NCBI GenBank assembly: GCA_043779265.1
Contig: JAYWEM010000072.1
Location: forward strand, 1-42,190
Source of the DNA: a bacterium
GTDB lineage: Bacteria; Eisenbacteria; RBG-16-71-46
DNA length: 42,190 nucleotides
Reading direction: 5' to 3'
Below are positions 34,925 through 42,190 of the stretch, in pieces. The notes under the pieces are model-generated. The model had not been told where the DNA came from and ran no database searches. It was given only the letters and a program-made list of their open reading frames with translations. The first letter of the stretch is position 1. Every line of letters begins with the position of its first letter. A program made the position numbers and the translations under genes.

Positions 34925-36673
34925 ATGAGCGATCATCTGGCTGGTCGAGCATCGCCCGAACCCGTCGTCCGCCTCATTCCCCAACTCGCGGATTTCGCAG
35001 CAGGCCAGTACGGGGACCGCCCCTATCTGCTGCGTCACACTCCACGGGGATGGCAGGGCTACAGCTTCTCCCAGGCGGCGCGTGCGATGCACGCTTTCAC
35101 GGCACTGCTCGAGCGAGAGGGAGTCAGGCCGCGCGACCGCGTCGCGCTTCAGAGTGAGAACCGGCCGGAGTGGGGGCTGGCCTACCTCGCCATCCTCGAG
35201 GCCGGGGCGATCGTGGTGCCGCTCGATGCCCAGCTGAAGGCGCAGGAGGTCGGCGAGATCCTCGCCACGTCGGGTGCTCGATTCGCCATCACCAGTGCGC
35301 GTCATCGCGGCACGGTGGAAGCCGCCCGCGACGCGCGAGGGCTCACGATCCGCATGCTCTCGCTGGATGAGTCGGCGGATCTGCCCCATTGGGATGAGGC
35401 GCAGCGGCTATACCCTGCCGAGACGGCCCGACCGGCGCGTGCCGAACCCTCGGATCTCGCGGTCATCATCTTCACGTCCGGCACGACCGGGCAGGCGAAG
35501 GGCGTCATGCTCTCGCACTCGAACATCCTCACCAATGTCGAGGGTGTCGCCCACACGATCGAGTGCGGCCCCCATGACCGATTGCTCAGCATCCTGCCGC
35601 TCCACCACACGTTCGAGAGCACGATCGGTCTGCTGTCGCCGCTTCGCATGGGCGCCGGGATCGCCTACGCGCGAGGACTCGACTCCAAGCAGCTGCGAGA
35701 GGACATGGCGACCTCGGACGCCACTGTGTTCGTGGCGGTTCCCCTGCTCTACGAGAAGCTGCTCTCCGCCATCCACCGCGGGATCGATGCGCTTCCCGCT
35801 CCGCGCCGCATGCTCGTGCGTGCGTTGCTCGCGATCTCCACGGGGCTGCGCAGAATGACCGGGATGCGACTCGGCCGCACACTGCTGCGTGCGGTTCGGC
35901 AGAAGGCGGGACTCGGACGCATTCGGATGTTCGCCACAGGGGCTGCGCCACTTCCTCCTGAGGTTTTCTGGGGATTCGTCGACATCGGCATCCCGATGGT
36001 CGAGGGCTATGGCCTCACCGAGACCTCTCCGGTCACCTGCATCAACCGTCCGCGCGACCCGAATCCCGGCGCGGTGGGCTGGCCGCTGATGGGGGTGGAC
36101 GTGCGCATCGACGCGCCCGACGGCGATGGCAATGGCGAGATCGTCGTTCGGGGCCCCAACATCATGCTCGGGTACTACGGTGATCCCGCGGCGACTCATG
36201 ATGTTCTGCGCAACGGATGGTTCCACACCGGGGACCTGGGACGGATCCTGCCGGACGAACGCGTGGCGATCACCGGGCGACTGAAGAACATGATCGCCAC
36301 GGCGGCGGGCAAGAAGATCTATCCGGAGGAGATCGAGGTCCACTTGGTCGTCAGCCCCTGGGTCCTCGAAGTGGTGGTCATGGGTTCCAAGGATCCTCGG
36401 ACCGAGCGCGAGGAGGTGCACGCGCATGTGTTCCCGGATCTGGACGCGATCGAGGCGCACGCGAAAGCGGCGGGGAGAACTCCGGATGCCGCCTACATCG
36501 AGGACCTCGTGCGCAAGGACATCGACGAGCGTTGCGAGTTGCTGGCGAGCTACAAGCGCGTCAAGCGCGTGATCATCCGCGACGTCGAGTTCGACAAAAC
36601 GACGACGGGCAAGATCAAGCGTGCGGGCTCGAAGCTCGCGGCCTCTTCCGAAGGCGTCGAACGCGCAGGCTGA
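34925..36673 (+). CDS. Long-chain fatty acid-CoA ligase (AMP-binding enzyme)
   Basis: IFTSGTTGQAKG, EGYGLTETSP, GWFHTGDLG, GRLKN, TTTGKIKR. Confidence 0.9.
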   Translation: MSDHLAGRASPEPVVRLIPQLADFAAGQYGDRPYLLRHTPRGWQGYSFSQAARAMHAFTALLEREGVRPRDRVALQSENRPEWGLAYLAILEAGAIVVPLDAQLKAQEVGEILATSGARFAITSARHRGTVEAARDARGLTIRMLSLDESADLPHWDEAQRLYPAETARPARAEPSDLAVIIFTSGTTGQAKGVMLSHSNILTNVEGVAHTIECGPHDRLLSILPLHHTFESTIGLLSPLRMGAGIAYARGLDSKQLREDMATSDATVFVAVPLLYEKLLSAIHRGIDALPAPRRMLVRALLAISTGLRRMTGMRLGRTLLRAVRQKAGLGRIRMFATGAAPLPPEVFWGFVDIGIPMVEGYGLTETSPVTCINRPRDPNPGAVGWPLMGVDVRIDAPDGDGNGEIVVRGPNIMLGYYGDPAATHDVLRNGWFHTGDLGRILPDERVAITGRLKNMIATAAGKKIYPEEIEVHLVVSPWVLEVVVMGSKDPRTEREEVHAHVFPDLDAIEAHAKAAGRTPDAAYIEDLVRKDIDERCELLASYKRVKRVIIRDVEFDKTTTGKIKRAGSKLAASSEGVERAG

Positions 36674-36676
36674 GCG

Positions 36677-37060
36677 CTACTTCTCGGCGGTCCGCTCGCG
36701 AGCGTGCCAGATGACGCCATGTTGGCTGTCGAACTCGAAGTGATGCACGGATGCGGTGGGGCCGCCGATCAGATGTCCGCCTGACCAGGACTTCTCGCCC
36801 ACCTGGCCGCGAACGTGCCAGACGAGACGGAAGGCGCCATCTCGCTTGCTGTGGAACGTGAGTTCCGCGCGTGCGTCCGGCTCGAGGACCTCGCGAACCA
36901 GTGTCTCTCCGCCGATCGTGAGACGAACGCGTTCGAGCGTCTGACCACTCCGGTTCGATAGCACCGCGCCATTGCCGGCTTCACGGCTGAAGTCCCAGTT
37001 CCGTTGGTAGCCCCACCACAGTGCCGCGGCGACGATGGCGAGAAGGAACAGTCGCTTCAT
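36677..37060 (-). CDS. Hypothetical exported or membrane-anchored small beta protein
   Basis: AAGGAGG RBS; N-terminal TM (MKRLFLLAIVAAALWWGY); beta-rich body. Confidence 0.75.
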   Translation of the reverse strand: MKRLFLLAIVAAALWWGYQRNWDFSREAGNGAVLSNRSGQTLERVRLTIGGETLVREVLEPDARAELTFHSKRDGAFRLVWHVRGQVGEKSWSGGHLIGGPTASVHHFEFDSQHGVIWHARERTAEK

Positions 37061-37133
37061 CGATTCCTCCTTGGGAACGGGACGAGTCTCCGTGACGCCT
37101 CGTGCGCCATCATGACACCGTGGCGCAGATGGG

Positions 37134-38423
37134 TCACTCGGTGTGCGGCCCCTCGCCTCGGAGTCCCTTGGCCTCTTCGCTCAGCCGCACTCCCACCGAT
37201 GCTTCGGGCCGGCCCCGGAACGCCCGGTAGAAGGTGAGCGCGGCCACGAGGTAGAGCACCGCAGTGAAGTAGAAGGGCACGGCGTAGCCGAATCGCTCGA
37301 TGATCGTGCCGGCGAGCGTCGCGCTGACGGCCCACCCGATGTTCCAGACGAGGTTGTTGAGGCTGGTGCTGCGGGCTCTCAGCTCGGCCGGCAGAGCCTC
37401 CATGACGAACGTCTGGATCAGCGGAGTGGAGGCCTGCATGAGCGTGGCCCGCATCCAGAACGCGACCATGGCCAGCGAAAGGTGCGACTCGGCCCCGAGC
37501 GTCACCAGGAAGGGCAGCGACAGGAGCTGGCTGGCAGTGGCGGTTCGCAGCATCCCGAATCGGCGTGCCAGTGCCGGGCCGGCCAGGGAGGCGAGGGCGG
37601 TGACGATCTGAGCCACCGCGAAGATGCCGCCGATCCGAGCGCTGCTGCAGTCGAATCGGTCCTTGAAGTACAGGTTCATGAACGGGATGACCAGTCCCGC
37701 GCCCATTCCGACCAGCAGTGCGTTGAAGGCAAGCGGCGCGAGCGAGCGCACGGCCTCGCGAGGAAGGCGGATCGCGTGAACGCGCGTGACGCTCTCATGG
37801 AGTCCCTTGAGCCGGAGCAGCGGCACGAGCGCGGCGATCGCGAACAGCGTTCCCACCCAGAGCGCGGCGCGATACGACGTGAACAGCCCCAGCGAAGGCG
37901 CGAGCGCGTGCAGGAGGTCTGGGATCGCTCCGCCCACGACGCTGCCGACGACGCCCGCCAGCAGAGCCGCCGCGAAGAATGTGCTGAACAGATGCGTTCG
38001 CTCCCGAGGGGTCGAGTGCTCGGTCAGGAACGGTGCCGCGGCGATCTGGAACAGCGACTGACCCGTTCCCACGATGAGACTGGCTCCCAGCACGACCTCC
38101 GGCTGGATGCTCGTGGCCCTCAGCGCGCAGCCGATCGCCTCGAGCACGACGCCGAGCATCAGCGTGCGCCGCCGACCCCAGCGTTCGGCGAGCAGGCCGG
38201 CGGGGATCGCGGCCAGCGCGAGTCCGATCCCATTGATCGCGATCGCCTGCCCGACGAACCCGGCCGAGGAGCCGCTCTCGACCAGATAGAGATTGAAGAC
38301 CACAGCGTAGATGCCGTGCCCGGTCCACAGCAGGAACTCGCTCGCCAGATAGAGGCGAGCAGGGCGGGAGAACGCGCGCGCGGCCTCGACGAAGTCGGCG
38401 ATGGCGATGCGTACTGCGCTCAC
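37134..38423 (-). CDS. MFS transporter
   Basis: Motif A GLLAERWGRRR; about 12 TM segments; LARRFG repeat motif. Confidence 0.9.
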   Translation of the reverse strand: MSAVRIAIADFVEAARAFSRPARLYLASEFLLWTGHGIYAVVFNLYLVESGSSAGFVGQAIAINGIGLALAAIPAGLLAERWGRRRTLMLGVVLEAIGCALRATSIQPEVVLGASLIVGTGQSLFQIAAAPFLTEHSTPRERTHLFSTFFAAALLAGVVGSVVGGAIPDLLHALAPSLGLFTSYRAALWVGTLFAIAALVPLLRLKGLHESVTRVHAIRLPREAVRSLAPLAFNALLVGMGAGLVIPFMNLYFKDRFDCSSARIGGIFAVAQIVTALASLAGPALARRFGMLRTATASQLLSLPFLVTLGAESHLSLAMVAFWMRATLMQASTPLIQTFVMEALPAELRARSTSLNNLVWNIGWAVSATLAGTIIERFGYAVPFYFTAVLYLVAALTFYRAFRGRPEASVGVRLSEEAKGLRGEGPHTE

Positions 38424-38454
38424 GGCGGTCGTGTGCCTCGCGAGGGGGAAAGGA

Positions 38455-38483
38455 GGACGGCGGCCCCGAAGGAGCCGCCGTCC
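38455..38483 (-). terminator. Intrinsic terminator after the XRE-cupin gene
   Basis: Minus strand GGACGGCGGCTCC-TTCG-GGGCCGCCGTCC followed by TCCTTT. Confidence 0.7.
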
Positions 38484-38509
38484 GGATCACCCGCGCCTGT
38501 CGAGCGCGG

Positions 38510-39121
38510 TCAGGTGACGCGGTCGTAGTCGGTCGACAGATCGACCGTATGGGGCGAGGCACTCCGGACCCGGAACATGGGCTCGAACGCAGCCGGTGTC
38601 ATCGCGATGAGGACACGAGCCGTGCACTCGCCGCTGTTCTCCACGGCGTGTGGGACCCGGCCATCGAAGTGGCAGGAGTCGCCAGCGTGCAGGATCATCG
38701 TGTGCTCGCCACAGAACATCGTGACGCGCCCCTCCTGGCAGAGTACGACTTCCTCGCCGTGATGGTAGTGGCGCTTGTCGCCGGCGGACTCGCCGACGGG
38801 CAGCTCGACCTGGATCAGCTCGAGATTCCGGCGCGGTTGGGCCGAGAGCACTTCGACCAGCGACGTGTTGCCGCCGATCTGGAGCCGGGGCCGCTCGGCT
38901 GCGCGCACCAGGTGCGGAACCTGGTCCTCCTCGACGACGAGGTAGGCGACCGAGGTCTCGAGCGCTCGGGCGAGGTCCTGCAGCGTGGCGAGGGACGGGG
39001 ACGTGCGGCTGTTCTCGACCTGGCTGATGAACCCCTTGGAGAGGCCCGTGAGCTCGGCCAGCTGTTGGACGGTGAGTCCCCTGCGCAGCCGCAGGTCGCG
39101 AATCTTCCTACCCAGTTGCAT
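38510..39121 (-). CDS. XRE-family HTH regulator with C-terminal cupin sensor
   Basis: AGGAGG RBS; LGRKIRDLR...LSKGFISQVENSRTSPSLATL; cupin HHGEE...GDSCHFDGRVPH. Confidence 0.9.
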   Translation of the reverse strand: MQLGRKIRDLRLRRGLTVQQLAELTGLSKGFISQVENSRTSPSLATLQDLARALETSVAYLVVEEDQVPHLVRAAERPRLQIGGNTSLVEVLSAQPRRNLELIQVELPVGESAGDKRHYHHGEEVVLCQEGRVTMFCGEHTMILHAGDSCHFDGRVPHAVENSGECTARVLIAMTPAAFEPMFRVRSASPHTVDLSTDYDRVT

Positions 39122-39169
39122 GGGGGACCTCCTGAGGGAGAGGCGAAGCGGAGATGTAGGAGTCATGCG

Positions 39170-39199
39170 AGGTTAGGGGCCACGTCCAGTCCATGTCAA
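39170..39199 (-). promoter_or_regulatory. sigma70-type promoter of the XRE-cupin gene
   Basis: Minus strand TTGACA (39199-39194), 18 nt, TAACCT (39175-39170). Confidence 0.65.
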
Positions 39200-39211
39200 C
39201 GGCCTGATGCG

Positions 39212-39230
39212 TGTTCAGGATGACTTAACA
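39212..39230. promoter_or_regulatory. Imperfect palindrome, candidate XRE operator
   Basis: TGTTCAG-gatga-CTTAACA (6 of 7 pairs) just upstream of the -35. Confidence 0.45.
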
Positions 39231-39250
39231 TCAGCGGGCTGGCGGTGGGC

Positions 39251-41086
39251 TCAGGCCGTGGCCGGGTCGGCAGGTGGCGCCGGGTGGGCCGCTCGGCTCA
39301 CCTGGCCGCCCAGCACCTGCAGCTGGTGCAGGCGCCAGTAGAGGCCCTGCTGCGCGATCAACTCCGCGTGCGGGCCGGACTCCCGGAGACGGCCGCGATG
39401 CATCACGAGGATGCGATCGACATCCTGGATCGTACTCAGGCGATGCGCGATCACGAGGCTCGTGCGACCGGCCATCAGGCGACGGAGTGCGTCCTGGATG
39501 AGGCGCTCGGTGTGGGTGTCGACGCTCGAAGTGGCCTCATCGAGGATGAGGAGATCGGGATCCCGCACCAGCGCCCGGGCGAAAGACAGCAACTGCTTCT
39601 CGCCCGCGGAGAACGTGGCGCCGCCCTCGAGCACGGGAGCCTCGAGGCCACCCGCCAGCTTCGCCACGAACGAGTCGGCATGCACTTCGCGCGTGGCGCT
39701 CTCCAACTGAGCGCGGGACAGCGACGGGTCCTCGAGTCCGACATTGGAAGCGACCGTGCCCGAGAACAGGAAGACGTCCTGGAGCACGAGGCCCATGCGT
39801 CGGCGCAGGGCCTCGATGTCCCACTCCGCGAGAGGTCTGCCATCGACGCGGATGACGCCGCGCTGAGGCTCGTAGAATCGCATCAGCAGGCTGGTGAGCG
39901 TCGTCTTCCCCGAGCCGGTCGCACCGACCAGCGCCACCTTCTCACCCGGCTCGACGCTGAAGGACACGTCCTCGAGCACCCAGTGCTGTTCGTGGTAGGC
40001 GAACCACACGCCATCGAACTCGATGCGCATTCCGTTGCCGCGAGCGCCGCGCTCAGGTGCCGGTTCGCGGAAGTTCGGACTCGCCTGATCGACCGGCGTA
40101 TCGAGCAGCGCGAACAGGCGCTCGGCGGCGGCCATCGCCTGCTGGAGGATCCCGTACTTCTCCGAGAGGTCCGAGATGGGCCGGAAGAAGCGCTGCGTGT
40201 ACTGGATGAACGCGACCAGGATGCCCAGCGTGATGCCCTGCCACATCACCTGACGGCCGCCGTACCAGACGATCAGCGAGAGTGCGATGGCGCTCACCCA
40301 CTCGAGCAACGGGAAGAAGATCGCGTGATAGTGATTCACGCGCAGATGCGAGTCGCGATGGTCCCCGTTGAGCGCTGCGAACTGGGCGAAGTTGCGCGGC
40401 TCGCGGCCGAGAACCTGGACGGTGCTCATGCCCATGAGGTTCTCGTTCAGGAACACGTTCAGGCGTGCCAGCCGCGCCCGGATGTCGCGGAAGGCGCTTC
40501 GGACCCGAGAGCGGAACATCATCGTGACGATGAAGATCAGCGGCAGCACGGAGAACGTGACCGCGAGGAGCTCGACATCGAGCTGGGACATCGCGAAGAC
40601 GATGCCGATCAGCATGAACAGATCGCCGAACAGGGCGTCGATTCCGGCGGTGAACATCTCGTTGAGCTGGTCGACGTCGTGCGTGACGCGGGTCATCACG
40701 CGCCCGATCGGATTCTTGTCGAAGTAGGCGACCGGAAGGCGTTGCAAGTGCGTGAACAGGTCGGCGCGCAGGTCCCGCATCAGGCCCTGGCCGACTCGCT
40801 GCATGATCTGGCTCTGCAGGTAGCCGAGCCCGAAGGCGGCGACCAGTGCGGCGAGATAGGTGACCGCGATGCGATCCAGCATCTGGATGTCGCGATGCCG
40901 GATCCCGAGGTCGATCGCCTGCATGACGAGGAACGGGAAGCACAGTTGGATCGCGGCCTCGGCCAGCGTGACGACTCCCGCGAGCACGACCTCGCCGCGG
41001 TAGGGGCGGAGATAGCGTGCGAGCCGCCGCATCAGCTGGTGGTCGTAGGGGCGGGACTGGTCTTCGTCGAGTTCGGGGCCGTTCAT
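39251..41086 (-). CDS. Heterodimeric ABC exporter subunit (TMD-NBD)
   Basis: ATG 41086 overlapping the upstream stop; GATGSGKTT, FSAGEKQL, LDEATSSVD, IAHRLSTI. Confidence 0.92.
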   Translation of the reverse strand: MNGPELDEDQSRPYDHQLMRRLARYLRPYRGEVVLAGVVTLAEAAIQLCFPFLVMQAIDLGIRHRDIQMLDRIAVTYLAALVAAFGLGYLQSQIMQRVGQGLMRDLRADLFTHLQRLPVAYFDKNPIGRVMTRVTHDVDQLNEMFTAGIDALFGDLFMLIGIVFAMSQLDVELLAVTFSVLPLIFIVTMMFRSRVRSAFRDIRARLARLNVFLNENLMGMSTVQVLGREPRNFAQFAALNGDHRDSHLRVNHYHAIFFPLLEWVSAIALSLIVWYGGRQVMWQGITLGILVAFIQYTQRFFRPISDLSEKYGILQQAMAAAERLFALLDTPVDQASPNFREPAPERGARGNGMRIEFDGVWFAYHEQHWVLEDVSFSVEPGEKVALVGATGSGKTTLTSLLMRFYEPQRGVIRVDGRPLAEWDIEALRRRMGLVLQDVFLFSGTVASNVGLEDPSLSRAQLESATREVHADSFVAKLAGGLEAPVLEGGATFSAGEKQLLSFARALVRDPDLLILDEATSSVDTHTERLIQDALRRLMAGRTSLVIAHRLSTIQDVDRILVMHRGRLRESGPHAELIAQQGLYWRLHQLQVLGGQVSRAAHPAPPADPATA

Positions 41087-42190
41087 GTCGCCTCGATCTC
41101 CTCTTCGAGCTGCTGCGCGCGAGCCAGCGCTGCATAGGCGCCACCTCGGACGAGCAACTCGTCGTGACTGCCCCGCTCGATGATCGAGCCCTCCTCGAGC
41201 ACGAGGATCTCGTCCGCGTCGCGAACGGTGCTGACGCGATGCGCGACAATCAACGTCGTCCGCCGACGCATCTCGCCCGCCAGTCCGCGCAGGATCGACT
41301 CCTCGGTCGCCGTGTCGACGCTCGAAAGGCAGTCGTCGAGCAGCAGCACCGGGGCGGCGCGGAGCAGGGCCCGCGCGATGGCCGTGCGCTGACGCTGCCC
41401 GCCGGACAACGTGATGCCGCGCTCGCCGACACGCGTCGTGTAGCCGTCCGGGAAGGCGCGGATGTCCGCGTCGAGGTGCGCGATGCCGGCCACGCGCGAG
41501 ACCTCGTCGGCGCTCTCCTCGGGGACCCCGTACGCGATGTTCTCCTGCACGGTGGCCGAGAACAGGAACGGGTCCTGGGGCACGATGGCCATTCGGGCTC
41601 GAAGCGCGGACAACTCGAGGTCGCGGACATCGACGCCGTCGAGGAACACGGTGCCCGGCGGAGGATCGAACAGGCGCGGCAGCAGGGCGAGGACCGTGCT
41701 CTTGCCCGACCCGGTGCGGCCGACGAGTGCGACCGTGCCTCCAGGGGGAACGCTGAAGCGGATGTCGCGGAGCGAGGGGGCCGCGGCCCCCGGGTAGGTG
41801 AACGTGAGCCCGCGGAACTCGATCTCGCAGGCCCCCTCGCCCGGCGCAGTCGGCGTCTCGGGTGAGGCGATGGACGGGGGCGTGTCGAGGATCTCGGTGA
41901 TCCGGCGGTAGGAGGCCGATCCGCGCTGGAACAGGTTGATCACCCATCCGAGCGCGACCATCGGCCAGTTGAGCATGGCGAGGTAGACGGTGAAGGCCAC
42001 GAACTGCCCCAGCGTGATGCGGCCCAACATCACCTCACGGCCACCCACCCAGAGCACGATCAATGCGCCGATCCCGGCGAACAGTGCGAGCGCCGGCTGG
42101 AAGAGACCTGAGGTCCGGATCAACTCGAGGTTGCGGTCGCGGTACTCCTCGTTGAGTTCCTGGAATCGCTCGCGTTCACGACGCTCATGC
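41083..42190 (-). CDS. Heterodimeric ABC exporter partner subunit (5' part outside window)
   Basis: GRTGSGKST, LSGGQRQR, degenerate Walker B LLDDCLSSVD, VAHRVST; frame open to the window end. Confidence 0.9.
   Translation of the reverse strand, partial: HERRERERFQELNEEYRDRNLELIRTSGLFQPALALFAGIGALIVLWVGGREVMLGRITLGQFVAFTVYLAMLNWPMVALGWVINLFQRGSASYRRITEILDTPPSIASPETPTAPGEGACEIEFRGLTFTYPGAAAPSLRDIRFSVPPGGTVALVGRTGSGKSTVLALLPRLFDPPPGTVFLDGVDVRDLELSALRARMAIVPQDPFLFSATVQENIAYGVPEESADEVSRVAGIAHLDADIRAFPDGYTTRVGERGITLSGGQRQRTAIARALLRAAPVLLLDDCLSSVDTATEESILRGLAGEMRRRTTLIVAHRVSTVRDADEILVLEEGSIIERGSHDELLVRGGAYAALARAQQLEEEIEAT

Noticed and set aside
39150..39240. ATGACTCCTAC on the minus strand resembles the 3' end of a fluoride riboswitch
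   Set aside because: The required 5' GGnGATGGnGTYCnCC element is absent, the stretch overlaps a sigma70 promoter, and it is far from the crcB remnant.
39251..42190. Degenerate ABC motifs (LDD Walker B; FSAGE signature)
   Set aside because: Normal asymmetric nucleotide site of heterodimeric exporters (TmrAB/BmrCD type).
1..42190. Search for CRISPR arrays, tRNA/rRNA genes, IS elements, integrases and defence systems
   Set aside because: No regularly spaced repeats, RNA-gene signatures or transposase/recombinase motifs were seen by eye.

Overview
High-GC diderm bacterial window. The PorV-like barrels and FlgD/T9SS-like C-terminal domains suggest an FCB-associated lineage such as Ca. Eisenbacteria (inference only). 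Contents in order: (1) a pilT-like gene and a window-truncated pilB/gspE gene on the minus strand; (2) a divergent cluster of three secreted fibronectin-III (FN3) proteins and two PorV-like beta-barrels, one fused to LysM, with three sigma54-type promoters; (3) a branched-chain/pyruvate 2-oxoacid dehydrogenase operon (beta-E2-alpha) ending in an internally deleted crcB/Fluc remnant; (4) a DtxR/MntR-boxed Mn/Zn/Fe uptake operon (outer-membrane barrel, mntR, troABCD, with a TroC-DtxR fusion); (5) thrE, a hypothetical gene, an alpha/beta hydrolase, MacA/MacB-like and ABC-2 exporters; (6) two large convergent secreted proteins (Asp-box propeller, HExxH metalloprotease); (7) a GT-C / deacetylase-like / methyltransferase / acyl-CoA ligase group; (8) an MFS transporter, an XRE-cupin regulator and a heterodimeric ABC exporter. 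The most interesting signal is in the FN3 cluster. All three proteins begin with an FN3 domain that appears to lack strand A, and the first ends in an orphan strand A. This suggests a donor-strand-complemented FN3 filament anchored through CTD-bearing subunits and dedicated PorV-like barrels (hypothesis). No rRNA, tRNA, CRISPR array or mobile element was recognised.
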